From contig CAWFOE010000019.1 of NCBI GenBank assembly GCA_963817285.1, positions 3,693 to 67,692 on the forward strand: a stretch of DNA of 64,000 nucleotides, given 5' to 3'. The position numbers were made by a program, and so were the translations under genes. Below the pieces are notes generated by a model that was given only the letters and a program-made list of their open reading frames with translations, had not been told where the DNA came from and made no database searches. Shown piece by piece: positions 38,558 through 48,336 of this stretch. The number at the start of each line of letters is the position of its first letter. The stretch's first letter is position 1. The DNA is from an uncultured Pseudomonadota bacterium (lineage in GTDB: Bacteria; Pseudomonadota; Gammaproteobacteria; Natronospirales; REEB76).

Positions 38558-40336
38558 ATGACTCAACAGTACCTGTCCAAGCGTAACCTCCTGGTAGGAG
38601 CGGGCATCGCTGCTCTGCTCGCGACTCTGGTGGCCTGCAACATGACCAACGGCACCAACCCGGACACCACTGCGTCCCCGGGTTGCGTCAACGTGGGTCA
38701 CTGCTCCAGCTCCAGCGAAGTCCTGAACCCGCCGGACCAGCTCATGGGTGAGCGCCTGTTCAAGGACACCCGCTTCGGCCATTACTTCGCCACCGAATCC
38801 AACGGCGCTGTGAACTCGCCCCTGGCCGTGGGTGAATCCGTGGTCAAGGACGTGGTGAATGACGGCACACCCGCCACCCTCCCCGGCCCCATGGCCGGCC
38901 AGGCAGTGAACTGCCTGCAGTGCCACCTGGTGCAACAGGAGATCGACCAGGTCGGCGGCGGCATGCGCACTTACGCGGACTTCGCCCAGCGCTCGCCCAC
39001 ACCGGTGCGCACTGCAGACACCATCCACGGCGACTTCACGGCGCGCAACGCAGCCGACATGGTGAATGACGTATTCCACGGCGACGTGGACACCATCCTG
39101 CATTGGGATGCCCAGTTCGGTGCCATGTCGGATCTCGTGACCGCCACGCTCACCGGCCGCAACTTCGGCTGGCTGCCGGGCGAATCCGCCCAGGCCATCC
39201 ATCAGATCGCCACGGTGATCCGCGAGGACGACGGCAACAGCGACCTGGCCCGCCAGTTCAGCGATTCCCTGCCCTACGCCACCCTGTTCAGCTGCAGTGA
39301 CCGACAGATCCCCGTGGCCTACCGGCTGCCGACGCAGTACTGCCTGAACCTGGCCACGGCCACCGACGCCGAGATCGAAGCGGACGTCTCCAACCTGATC
39401 TCCGCCTACGTGAACAGCCTCATCTTCTCCTTCGACGACAGCAACCAGTACGACGGTTCACCCTACGACCAGTTCCTGATCAGCAACAACCTGCCGCGCC
39501 AGCCCGCAGCCGGCCAGAGCCCATTCCAGTACGCCGCGGCGCTACGCGCCTCACTGCAGGGCTTGAGCAATCCCGTGTATGTGAACCAAGGCAACTTCAA
39601 GTTCCATGACCAGCGACCCTTCGTGTTCGGGCCCCAGGAGCTGCGCGGCTTGATGATCTTCCTGGCGCGGCCCGCCGGTAGCACCATCACCGGCGCTGAA
39701 GCTTCCCAGGGCGGCATCGGCAACTGCGCCGCCTGCCATATGCCGCCGAACTTCACCGATTTCCAGATGCATAACACCGGCGTGTCCCAGGCGGAATATG
39801 ACGCCGTGCATGGCCAGGGCAAGTTCGCCCAGCTCGTGATCCCGGACCTGGCCCAGCGTGCTGCGGACCCCGACGCTTACCTGCCGGTGACCCCAGAGCA
39901 CCCGGACGCCACCGAGACCTTCCGTTCGGCGCCCGTGGCGAGCGACCCCAACAAGGCCGACCTCGGCGTGTGGAACATCTTCGCCAACCCTGACTTCACC
40001 AACCGCTATGCGAGCCTGCGCAAGTTCCTCTGTGCCGAGTCCACCCATGAGTTCGCCAACTGCGGCCTGACCGATGACCAGTTGCTCAGCCTCTCCATCG
40101 CCGTGTTCAAGACCCGCACTCTGCGCGACCTGGGCGACTCGAACCCGTACATGCACAACGGACAGTTCCCCACCTTGGCGGCGGCAGTGCAGTTCTACGC
40201 GAATGCAGGGCAGTTGGCCCGAGCGGGTAAGCTGCGTAACGGCGATACCCAGATACAGAACGTGGCGCTGAGTGCGGCGGATGTAGCTGATCTGGCTGCA
40301 TTCCTGTCGGCTCTCGACGAGGATTACAGCAACTAG
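38558..40336 (+). CDS. di-haem cytochrome c peroxidase (CCP/MauG) family lipoprotein
   Basis: In-frame ATG at 38558: MTQQYLSKRNLLVGAGIAALLATLVAC (lipobox). Two haem c sites (CLQCH and CAACH) and the CCP hallmark NPYMHNGQFPTL are present. Confidence 0.7.
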   Translation: MTQQYLSKRNLLVGAGIAALLATLVACNMTNGTNPDTTASPGCVNVGHCSSSSEVLNPPDQLMGERLFKDTRFGHYFATESNGAVNSPLAVGESVVKDVVNDGTPATLPGPMAGQAVNCLQCHLVQQEIDQVGGGMRTYADFAQRSPTPVRTADTIHGDFTARNAADMVNDVFHGDVDTILHWDAQFGAMSDLVTATLTGRNFGWLPGESAQAIHQIATVIREDDGNSDLARQFSDSLPYATLFSCSDRQIPVAYRLPTQYCLNLATATDAEIEADVSNLISAYVNSLIFSFDDSNQYDGSPYDQFLISNNLPRQPAAGQSPFQYAAALRASLQGLSNPVYVNQGNFKFHDQRPFVFGPQELRGLMIFLARPAGSTITGAEASQGGIGNCAACHMPPNFTDFQMHNTGVSQAEYDAVHGQGKFAQLVIPDLAQRAADPDAYLPVTPEHPDATETFRSAPVASDPNKADLGVWNIFANPDFTNRYASLRKFLCAESTHEFANCGLTDDQLLSLSIAVFKTRTLRDLGDSNPYMHNGQFPTLAAAVQFYANAGQLARAGKLRNGDTQIQNVALSAADVADLAAFLSALDEDYSN

Positions 40337-40378
40337 CCGGAACGGCTAGAATCCCGGCACACCACCGGGAGCACTATC

Positions 40379-40753
40379 ATGACGGCTGGAGCAGCACTGG
40401 ATCGCATTGCCCAGGTCGGCATCATGGTCAAGGACCTGGATGCCGCGATCGCCTTCTACCGCGACAAGCTGGGGCTGAAGCACCTCTTCACCGCACCAGG
40501 CATGGCCTTCTTCGACGTGGGCGGCACACGCCTGATGCTCGGGCAGGCCACGGCGGAGAACCCCGCAGCAACCTTCCTCTATTACAAAGTGGACGACATC
40601 GAATCCGCCGCGGCCGTGCTCAAAGCTCGGGGTGTCACCCAAGCGGAAGCGCCGGAACTGGCGCACCGGGCACCGGGTATGGAGCTGTGGCTGGCGCAGT
40701 TCCGGGACATGGACGGGAACGTGGTGTTCCTGATGTGCGAGAAGAAAGTCTAG
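40379..40753 (+). CDS. VOC (glyoxalase/bleomycin-resistance/dioxygenase) family protein
   Basis: 124 aa with the typical VOC beta-alpha-beta-beta-beta pattern: IAQVGIMVKDLDAAIAFYRDKLGL...DMDGNVVFL. Confidence 0.75.
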   Translation: MTAGAALDRIAQVGIMVKDLDAAIAFYRDKLGLKHLFTAPGMAFFDVGGTRLMLGQATAENPAATFLYYKVDDIESAAAVLKARGVTQAEAPELAHRAPGMELWLAQFRDMDGNVVFLMCEKKV

Positions 40754-41735
40754 AGATCGATCTCGGTGCCGAGCCCGCGTTCCAAGGCCGCGTCATAGAC
40801 CAGCCGAGCGGCCACTGCGTCCTGCACCGCGACACCTACCGATTTATACAGAGTCACTTGCCCGGGATTGGACCGCCCCGGGCGGGTGCCAGCCACCAGC
40901 TCTCCCACTTCGGCATGCACGTGCTCCGGCCCGATGACGCCGTCACGGATCGCCCAACCGATATCGTTGGCACCCGAGGGTGGCGGCGCCAAGGCCGCCT
41001 GACGTGACTCCACCACCAGTAAGGCACGCTTCACTGCTGCGGCATCCACTTCCCGACCACGAGCGTTGAGCCCCACAGAATTCATGTGCATCCCAGCGGC
41101 AAGCCACTCGCCTTTCACCACCGGCTCCTCTGCATGAGTCGTGGCGCAGACGATATGCGCACCGATGTAGGCCTCAGGCCCAATGGGGAAAGCTCGTACC
41201 TCAGCATCCAATTCTTCGGAGAGCTTGCGTGCAAAAGCCTCCGTACTCTTGTCGTTGCGTCCCGCCACTCTGAGTTCAATTATCTTGCGCACCCGCGGGA
41301 TGGCACGCACATGGGCAAGCGCCTGCACACCAGTGCCGATGATGAGCAGCACGTCTGCATCCGCAGGCGCCAGCAACTGGGTGGCAAGAGCCGAGCCGGC
41401 GGCAGTGCGTAGCGCCGTGATGGAGGCGCCGTCCATGATCGCCTTGGGCACACCGCTCTCAGCGTCGAAGAGCATCACCACCGCCTGGTGGGTGGGAAGC
41501 CCCGGGAACCGTTGCGTGGGAACACGCTCACGAGCTTGCAGACGAGCGTGCGGCTCGTGGGAGATAGGCCGGCATCACGCCCAGTAGTCCGGATGCCTCC
41601 TGCACCTGAGCCGCCACCCTTTTGGGCATCGAGACGCACCCGGCGGAGAGTTCCACCATGGCCGGCGCCAGCGCTGCGATGAGCACGTCTGTATCGAGCA
41701 GGGATTCGACTTGTTCCCGATTCAGTACGAGCAGG
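40750..41735 (-). pseudogene. ornithine cyclodeaminase / mu-crystallin family protein, 2-3 frameshifts within about 41495-41560
   Basis: The N-terminus (VLNREQVESLLDTDVLIAALAPAMVELSAG...GVMPAYLP) is in ORF 41528..41908. CKLVSVFPRNGSRG is in a third frame. The C-terminus (LPTHQAVVMLFDAESG...LLIIGTGVQA...) is in ORF 40750..41481. The start codon is unclear. Confidence 0.7.
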
Positions 41736-41738
41736 ACA

Positions 41739-42677
41739 CTACTCCACCGGTACCGGGCGGTTTTTGGTACCCGCCAATTCGGCTTCCGTCTGCTCGATGT
41801 TGTGGGTCGCGAAATAATCGAAATAGCCCCAGTCGCCGTACTTCGCTTTGAGGGCGGGCAGCACCGCATCCGTGAGCGCTTGCCCGGATTTGCCCGCGCT
41901 GCCCGCATCCGTCACCGCTTGACGCAGGGCCACGAGGTAATCTCGGAAGGCGGTCACGTCTGCTGCCTTACCCACTTCACCGTGGCCCGGCACGAACGTA
42001 GCCGCGGGATAATCCGTGAGGAAGCTGCTGTTGGTGGCGATCTGTTGGACCGTGTCCGCGTCTATCAGGTTAGGCAAGCAGTGATCCCAGAAAAGATCGC
42101 CGGTGAATACCACCTGGGCATCCGGCACGATCACCACTGAATCACCACCGGTATGGCCGGGCATCACTCGCACCACAAGGGCGCGCCCACCGAGATCGAG
42201 CTGTACCCCGTCGCGGTAGGTCAGGGAAGGTAGCCCCAAGGACTCCACCATCTGTCTCTGTGCCGGAGTGATCTTGTCGCCGAAGAACTTCAGGTTCTCC
42301 GTGTGCTCCCAGGCACGCACGTTCTGCTGCGCCATGACCACGGCGCCCGCCTTGGCGAAGACCTGGTTACCCGCTACGTGATCCAGGTGATAGTGGGTAT
42401 CGATGACGTAACGCACCGGCAGGGGTGTCGTCTTGCGGATGGCTGCCAACAGGGCTTCCGCTGCTTCCGGCACCTGGAAAGTATCGATGACTGCCACCGA
42501 ATCGCCGCCCACCACATAGCCGGCATTGCTGCCCGCGTGGCTGCCGGGCACCGCAACCGCGGCCCACACCCCGGGCCCCAGCTCATGCAGGGTGAAGAAA
42601 GGCTTGGCATCCTCCGCCTGAGCCAGGCCGGAAACCGCCGTCAGCAAGAGGCAAGCGGACAGGTATCTCAGGGACAT
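41739..42677 (-). CDS. secreted MBL-fold metallo-hydrolase
   Basis: 312 aa with the signal peptide MSLRYLSACLLLTAVSGLAQA and the HxHxDH motif (DTHYHLDHVAGN). Confidence 0.8.
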   Translation of the reverse strand: MSLRYLSACLLLTAVSGLAQAEDAKPFFTLHELGPGVWAAVAVPGSHAGSNAGYVVGGDSVAVIDTFQVPEAAEALLAAIRKTTPLPVRYVIDTHYHLDHVAGNQVFAKAGAVVMAQQNVRAWEHTENLKFFGDKITPAQRQMVESLGLPSLTYRDGVQLDLGGRALVVRVMPGHTGGDSVVIVPDAQVVFTGDLFWDHCLPNLIDADTVQQIATNSSFLTDYPAATFVPGHGEVGKAADVTAFRDYLVALRQAVTDAGSAGKSGQALTDAVLPALKAKYGDWGYFDYFATHNIEQTEAELAGTKNRPVPVE

Positions 42678-42760
42678 GGCGTGCTCCTCGTGGCTCTTAA
42701 GGATTCTAACGCTGCAATCATGAGATTATTCCCCCAGCGGCCAAACCATTTGCCCTCGGG

Positions 42761-43669
42761 GTGAATCCAAGAGAGAGCCAGCGAGGACAGGGATCCATGA
42801 ACCGCCGCCCCCACAATCAGGTCTTCGCCCGCGGGCAGTTCCTGGGTGACTGTCACGTCAGCCGTGCGGTGCCGGGGTTCTGCCTGGAGCAGCGTATCCC
42901 CACCGTGCCTGAGCCCCTGGTGCAGGAGCACTCCCATGCGGAGGCCCATTTCCTCCTGTTCACGGAAGGCACCTACCTCTCCACTGCCCATGGCGCCCCG
43001 GCGCTGGCTGCCCGACCCATGTTGATCTACAACCCGCCCGGCACGGTGCATCGCGACTGCTTCAAGAGCGAGAGCGGGCGCTTCTTCACCATCTCTGTCT
43101 CCGCCGCCGCACTGCAGACGAGCACCGTCGCGCTGCCCAACTATGCTCTCGTGCTCGACGCTCCGAGCTTCGATCTGGCCCTGCGCATCGCCCGAGTCTG
43201 CGAAGAAGCCACCAGCGAACCTCTGCAGCTGGAGTCTCTCTGCCTCGAACTCCTGGTGAGCACCGCCGGTATGCTGGAGGCAGTGGTGGCTGGTGCGCCA
43301 CGCTGGTTGCTCTGGGTACGCGAGCTGCTACGTGACGAATGCGACCGGGACCTCGCGCTCACAGACATCGCCAAGCGCGTCGGCGTGCACCCGGTCTACA
43401 TGACCCGCGCCTTCCGCCGCCACTTCCGCTGCACCCCAGGGGGATATCTGCGGCGCTGCCGCCTGGACAAGGCCTCCGCTCTCCTGGACGACACCCACAA
43501 GAGCCTTGCGGATGTGGCCCAGAGCTGCGGCTACTACGACCAGGCGCATTTCTGCCGGGTCTTCAAACAGGCTTACGGCGTCTCCCCCAGTGCTTATCGG
43601 AGCGACGGGTCCGGGTTTGCTGCATACAAGACCATGAGTCGGGCGTCCGCTAACTTCACCTCGGATTGA
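42761..43669 (+). CDS. AraC family transcriptional regulator
   Basis: 302 aa with a C-terminal double HTH (LTDIAKRVGVHPVYMTRAFRRHF...SLADVAQSCGYYDQAHFCRVFKQAYGVSPSAYR). It is divergent from the MBL hydrolase gene. Confidence 0.8.
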   Translation: MNPRESQRGQGSMNRRPHNQVFARGQFLGDCHVSRAVPGFCLEQRIPTVPEPLVQEHSHAEAHFLLFTEGTYLSTAHGAPALAARPMLIYNPPGTVHRDCFKSESGRFFTISVSAAALQTSTVALPNYALVLDAPSFDLALRIARVCEEATSEPLQLESLCLELLVSTAGMLEAVVAGAPRWLLWVRELLRDECDRDLALTDIAKRVGVHPVYMTRAFRRHFRCTPGGYLRRCRLDKASALLDDTHKSLADVAQSCGYYDQAHFCRVFKQAYGVSPSAYRSDGSGFAAYKTMSRASANFTSD

Positions 43670-43696
43670 GCCGATCCTTAGTATCCGGAGTCCACC

Positions 43697-45457
43697 ATGC
43701 GCCGCATCCTGCCCCTCTGCCTCTGTCTGTTCGTCTGCCTGGCTGAAGCCGATGCCCCGCCCGCCGCCGATAAATTGGTGGGACTGTGGGGCAGTGAGCG
43801 CAGCTTCGGCCCGGTGGCTCAAGGCTCCCTCACGGTGGATGGTCGCAGCGAGCCCTGGCAGGCTTCGATAGCGGGCTTCCAGATAGCAGTGCAGCACGAC
43901 AAAGACATCGTGTCTTTCACTCTGCCCGGCGTTCAGGGCAGCTTCCATGGCCAGCTCTCGGCAGATGGCAAGGATGTGCAAGGGTTCTGGGTGCAGCCTC
44001 CTGGCGTCAGCCTGCAATCGGCCTATGCCACACCGCTGACCCTCACGGCTTCGATGAAAGCTGTGTGGCGCGCAGACGTGAAACCGCTCCAGGATCAGGT
44101 CTCCCTCTATCTCGTGGTAAGTCACGCGGATGACGGAAGCCTCAAGGCCTTCATCCGCAACCCGGAATTCAACTTCGGCATGCATCGGGCGTACAAGGTC
44201 ACCCTGGAGGGCACGCAAGTCACCCTCGACGACACCCAGCGTAAGCATGACCAGCTGCGTGGCAACTACGATCCGGAACAGGATCTCCTCACCATCACCC
44301 TGCAAGGCATCGGCAGCTTCGATTTCACCCGCCGTGACCAGGACCACGCCCCCGGGTTCTATCCCGCCACTCCGGCAGTGGCACAGTATCGCTACCGTGC
44401 ACCGGTGAGCGAAGATGATGGCTGGAAGACCGCGGATCTCGCCGCAGCGGCTCTCGACGCCAAACCTTTGACAGCCCTGGTGCAGCAGATCCTGGACACC
44501 AAGACCGATTGGTATACCGCGCCTTACATCCAAAGCCTGCTCATCGCCCACCATGGCAAGCTGGCCCTGGAAGAATACTTCTACAGCTTCGGTCCGGAGC
44601 GCACCCACGACACCCGCTCTTCCGCCAAGACCATCACGGGCACCCTGGTGGGCATCGCCCTCGACCACGGCGCGAAGTTCACGGTGGATACGCTCGTCTA
44701 CACCCTCTATCCGGAATACAAGGAGCTCGCCAATCCGGATCCGCGCAAGCAGAAGATCACCGTGCAGGACCTGCTCACCATGAACTCTGGTCTCGCCTGT
44801 GACGACAACGACGATGATTCACCGGGCAACGAAGACACCATGCAAGGCCAGAGCAAGCAGCCGGACTGGTACAAGTACATCCTGGACGTGCCCATGAAGG
44901 CTGAGCCCGGCGACAAGCAGGCGGTGTACTGCACGGCCGGCATCAACCTCTTGGGCGGCATCATCCGCAATTCCACCGGCATGCCGCTCACGGATTTCTT
45001 CCAGAAGTACTACGCAGCGCCGCTGGATATCCACGACTACCACATGAACCTCTCGCCCATGGGCGATGCCTATATGGGCGGCGGCATCTATCTCAGGCCC
45101 CGGGACATGCTCAAGCTCGGGCAGCTATACCTGGACGGCGGCACCTGGAACGGCAAGCGAGTGCTGGATGCGGACTGGGTCAAGACGGCCACCACCCAAC
45201 ACAGCTACTTCGCGGCCTCGGATTACGCGCCGGGCCATGGCTACGGTTACACCTGGCATCTGTTCCAGGCCACGGTGAGTGGCCATACCTATAGCGAGTA
45301 CATGGCACAGGGCAACGGCGGACAGCTCGTGATGGTGGTGCCGGAACTGGATCTCGCGGCGGTCATCACCGCCGGTAATTACGGCAACTTCCCCACCTGG
45401 CGGAAATACTTCGAAGAACTCCTGCCCCAGTACATCATCCCGGCGGTGAAAGACTGA
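43697..45457 (+). CDS. secreted serine hydrolase / beta-lactamase-family protein with an extra N-terminal domain
   Basis: 586 aa with the signal peptide MRRILPLCLCLFVCLAEA, an SxxK motif (SSAKTITG) and a class C/DD-peptidase-like C-terminal half. Confidence 0.75.
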   Translation: MRRILPLCLCLFVCLAEADAPPAADKLVGLWGSERSFGPVAQGSLTVDGRSEPWQASIAGFQIAVQHDKDIVSFTLPGVQGSFHGQLSADGKDVQGFWVQPPGVSLQSAYATPLTLTASMKAVWRADVKPLQDQVSLYLVVSHADDGSLKAFIRNPEFNFGMHRAYKVTLEGTQVTLDDTQRKHDQLRGNYDPEQDLLTITLQGIGSFDFTRRDQDHAPGFYPATPAVAQYRYRAPVSEDDGWKTADLAAAALDAKPLTALVQQILDTKTDWYTAPYIQSLLIAHHGKLALEEYFYSFGPERTHDTRSSAKTITGTLVGIALDHGAKFTVDTLVYTLYPEYKELANPDPRKQKITVQDLLTMNSGLACDDNDDDSPGNEDTMQGQSKQPDWYKYILDVPMKAEPGDKQAVYCTAGINLLGGIIRNSTGMPLTDFFQKYYAAPLDIHDYHMNLSPMGDAYMGGGIYLRPRDMLKLGQLYLDGGTWNGKRVLDADWVKTATTQHSYFAASDYAPGHGYGYTWHLFQATVSGHTYSEYMAQGNGGQLVMVVPELDLAAVITAGNYGNFPTWRKYFEELLPQYIIPAVKD

Positions 45458-45475
45458 TCCTACAGGCCCCAGATG

Positions 45476-45507
45476 CTCAGGGCGCCCCCTCCTTGGGACG
45501 CCCTGAG
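45476..45507. terminator. hairpin between convergent genes (possible bidirectional terminator)
   Basis: CTCAGGGCG-14 nt-CGCCCTGAG, followed by a second short hairpin CCGGTCttgcatGACCGG. There is no clear U-tract. Confidence 0.3.
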
Positions 45508-45547
45508 TCCGGTCTTGCATGACCGGCGCATCACCTCCACGCAGTGA

Positions 45548-46768
45548 TCAATGTACCGGGCGGTGATAGTCCTTGTAGTCCAGGAGTTGCATGTCATGCG
45601 CTGAAGATGCGGCCTTGATGGGCGCGCCCGTCTGCTTCGGTCGCGGGTCTTTCCGGTAGATCGAGTTGTAGATGTCGTCGTGGTCCAGCCGCGCCCGCTC
45701 CAGGGAGACGCTGAGTTCGGCCATGAGCGCATCCACATCTTCTCCCTTGGAATATTCGGCGATGCCGATGGCGAGGGTGATGGTCAGGGGGCCCGCAGAA
45801 GTCTTGATATCGCGGAACTCCATGCCATGGTGCAGACGTTCGGCACAGTGCTCTGCGCCCTTCAGGTTCACCGTCGGCAGGATGAGGCCGAACAAGGTCT
45901 CACCGACGCGGCCCAGGGGGCGATAACTGTCGTCGTCCAGATCCATGAAGCCCATGTTCTTGATCATGGCCGTAGCGCGCTCGGCGAACTCGCGCAAGAG
46001 TTGCTTGGCCACCACTTCGCCATGGGTGGCGGCGATGTCGGCAAGATGGTCTATCTCGATGAGGCCGATGGAGAAGGTCCCACCCGTCTGGTCGGCGCGG
46101 GCCTTCTCTCGGGCCAGCGCATCCTTGAAATAGGGATGCTTCAGGGCGATGGTATCCATGTCCTGGACCGTCAAGGCATGGATGCGGGCCTCGGCTTCTG
46201 CGAGCTGCTCGGTCTTGTGGGCATTCTCCTCCGCCATCTGCGCCGTCTCGAGACGCACGCTGGTGTAATCCCGGGCCCGCCATATCATGAACACGGCTGC
46301 CAGCGTCGATGCCAGCAACATGAACAGGGTCTCGGTATACAGCTCCCCGCGTTTCGAGACCACGAGGAAGCGTGAGATCACGTTCAGGAACACCAGCACG
46401 TTCATAGCATAGAGGGCGGCGACCCGTCCCGGCGTGAGGTTCGGTAAAGCCACAGCACCCCATAGCGCGAAAGTCACCAGCATGACCTCAGGCCGGGTCT
46501 GGGTGCTGACGAGGCTGTAGAGGCCGCTGCATATGCCGATGCCTAAGGCCGCCTGGATGAAGATCGCGTTCGGATCGTTCAGGAGCTTGGCGGCACCTGT
46601 CATCCGGAGGAAGGCGACGACCGCAGTTGCCACGGCACCGGCCGAGACCAGCTGCATCACTGCCAGGGCGCTCAAGGGCTCGGGGAATATGGGCAATAAA
46701 GCCAACCCGATGCACGCGGCATAGCTGGCGATACCTTCGAAACTGTTGCGTGAAGCTACGATTTTCAT
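45548..46768 (-). CDS. membrane-anchored protein with a degenerate GGDEF domain
   Basis: Start taken at MKIVASRNSF. There are about 6 TM helices, a coiled linker, then a GGDEF-fold region (IGLIEIDHLADIAATHGEVVAKQLL...). The signature reads RVGETLFGLIL where RxGGDEFxxLL is expected. Confidence 0.7.
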   Translation of the reverse strand: MKIVASRNSFEGIASYAACIGLALLPIFPEPLSALAVMQLVSAGAVATAVVAFLRMTGAAKLLNDPNAIFIQAALGIGICSGLYSLVSTQTRPEVMLVTFALWGAVALPNLTPGRVAALYAMNVLVFLNVISRFLVVSKRGELYTETLFMLLASTLAAVFMIWRARDYTSVRLETAQMAEENAHKTEQLAEAEARIHALTVQDMDTIALKHPYFKDALAREKARADQTGGTFSIGLIEIDHLADIAATHGEVVAKQLLREFAERATAMIKNMGFMDLDDDSYRPLGRVGETLFGLILPTVNLKGAEHCAERLHHGMEFRDIKTSAGPLTITLAIGIAEYSKGEDVDALMAELSVSLERARLDHDDIYNSIYRKDPRPKQTGAPIKAASSAHDMQLLDYKDYHRPVH

Positions 46769-47255
46769 GGTCCACTCCCTGTGAGATACGGACATTTGCC
46801 GAGCCCCATCGCATACATGACAAGCTTGGGATCGCGCTGACCACGAGATCTGGGGCTACCGTTGTCGGATACCAGTGAATCACGTGCGATAGCACGCATA
46901 TATAGGCAACACCCTGGGGTGCCCCGGGGGTGGGCACCTGAACTTCGCCTCAGGGAATCCCTGACCTCCCGCGGATCCAGGGCACCTGCCTGCGGCCCAG
47001 CGCACCAGTGGGTATGGATGGCGAGCGATCACAGCTTCGGCTGCATGACAGCCGGAGATTTTTGACATCAGGCATCTGCGCCCATGATGGAATGGGGCAT
47101 GGATGCGCTACTCCTTACATATGACGATAGTGTTACCTGACCTGCATAACATCAGTAACAATTGAATAAATCTCCGTATGACATATGACCCTGGCGCGTT
47201 CGCTTTGCTGGACTAGAATTATTCCTCCGGCCCGAAGCACACGTGGGAGAATCTC

Positions 47256-47810
47256 ATGGCACGCAAGAAAGTCAGCAAGAAGACCAAGCCGGCCAAACGC
47301 AAATCCATCAAGGCGAAATCCAGAGCCAAGCCACGGGCCAAGGCCCGCAAGGTGACCCCCATCCCCCGCGGTTACCACAGCGTCACCCCCTACCTCCATG
47401 TGCGGGGCGCTGCCGCGGCCATCGAGTTCTACAAGAAGGTCTTCGGTGCCAAGGAGAAGATGCGCATGCCCGAAGGCGCACGCATCGCCCACGCCGAGAT
47501 CGTCATCGGCGAATCCCATGTGATGCTCGCGGATGAGTATCCGGAGCGCAACATCCACGCGCCTCAGCCCGGCAACCCCACGCCCATGGGCATCATGGTG
47601 TACCTGAAGGACGTGGACGCAGTAGCCGCCCGCGCCATCGCCGAGGGCGCCACCCTGGAACGTCCCGTGGCCGACCAGTTCTATGGGGACCGTCTGGGCG
47701 GCATCGTCGATCCCTTCGGCCACCGCTGGTTCATCGCCACCCACCTGGAAGACGTCTCTCCGAAGGAGATGCAGAGACGCATGCAGGCCATGGGCCAGAC
47801 CCAACAGTAA
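47256..47810 (+). CDS. VOC/PhnB-like protein with a lysine/arginine-rich N-terminal tail
   Basis: 184 aa. The N-terminus is MARKKVSKKTKPAKRKSIKAKSRAKPRAKARKV. A PhnB-type VOC fold follows (HSVTPYLHVRGAAAAIEFYKKVFGA...DPFGHRWFIATH). Confidence 0.7.
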   Translation: MARKKVSKKTKPAKRKSIKAKSRAKPRAKARKVTPIPRGYHSVTPYLHVRGAAAAIEFYKKVFGAKEKMRMPEGARIAHAEIVIGESHVMLADEYPERNIHAPQPGNPTPMGIMVYLKDVDAVAARAIAEGATLERPVADQFYGDRLGGIVDPFGHRWFIATHLEDVSPKEMQRRMQAMGQTQQ

Positions 47811-47822
47811 CGGAGCGCAGCC

Positions 47823-48335
47823 ATGAAACATGCGGATGTCATAGCGGCTCTCGCCGCCATGCCGACAGCCCTGGAGCAGCGCCTCCTGGGGCTCACTGAC
47901 GCGCAACTGCGCTTCAAACCCAGTGCCGAGACCTTCTCTGCACTGGAGAGCGTCTGTCACCTGCGAGACATCGAGGTGGAAGGCTACGGCCGCCGTCTGG
48001 GATTGATGCTGCGGGAAGAGAATCCCACGCTGCCGGACCTGGACGGCTCGGCACTCGCCCGGGAGCGGCTCTACAACGAGCAGTCCCTGAAGCCCGCTCT
48101 GGATGCCTTCCTCAGCATGCGCCAACGCTGCCTCGACATCATCACAGATCTGTCGAGCGAAGACCTGGCGCGCCGGGGGCAATTCGAGAACGTAGGCGAG
48201 GTGAGCCTTGCAGACCTGCTTATGCTCTGGGCGAAGCATGACCAGGAGCACATCCGGGAGTTGGACGAACTCCTACCCCTGTTGCAACAGCCCCAGATAG
48301 GCCACAAGTCCAAGCCATCCCTGTCTCTAAGATGA
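47823..48335 (+). CDS. DinB-family (four-helix bundle, metal-dependent) protein
   Basis: 170 aa with His-containing helices (SVCHLRDIEVEGY...WAKHDQEHIRELDEL) typical of DinB_2. Confidence 0.65.
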   Translation: MKHADVIAALAAMPTALEQRLLGLTDAQLRFKPSAETFSALESVCHLRDIEVEGYGRRLGLMLREENPTLPDLDGSALARERLYNEQSLKPALDAFLSMRQRCLDIITDLSSEDLARRGQFENVGEVSLADLLMLWAKHDQEHIRELDELLPLLQQPQIGHKSKPSLSLR

Positions 48336-48336
48336 C

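Noticed and set aside
43328-44668. 446-aa minus-strand ORF (similar cases at 47133..48251, 38366..39202, 22700..23833 and 14398..15090)
   Set aside because: All are antisense or alternative frames of genes with clear family motifs (AraC, serine hydrolase, VOC/DinB, CCP, RND and others). They are GC-driven open frames and carry no independent evidence.
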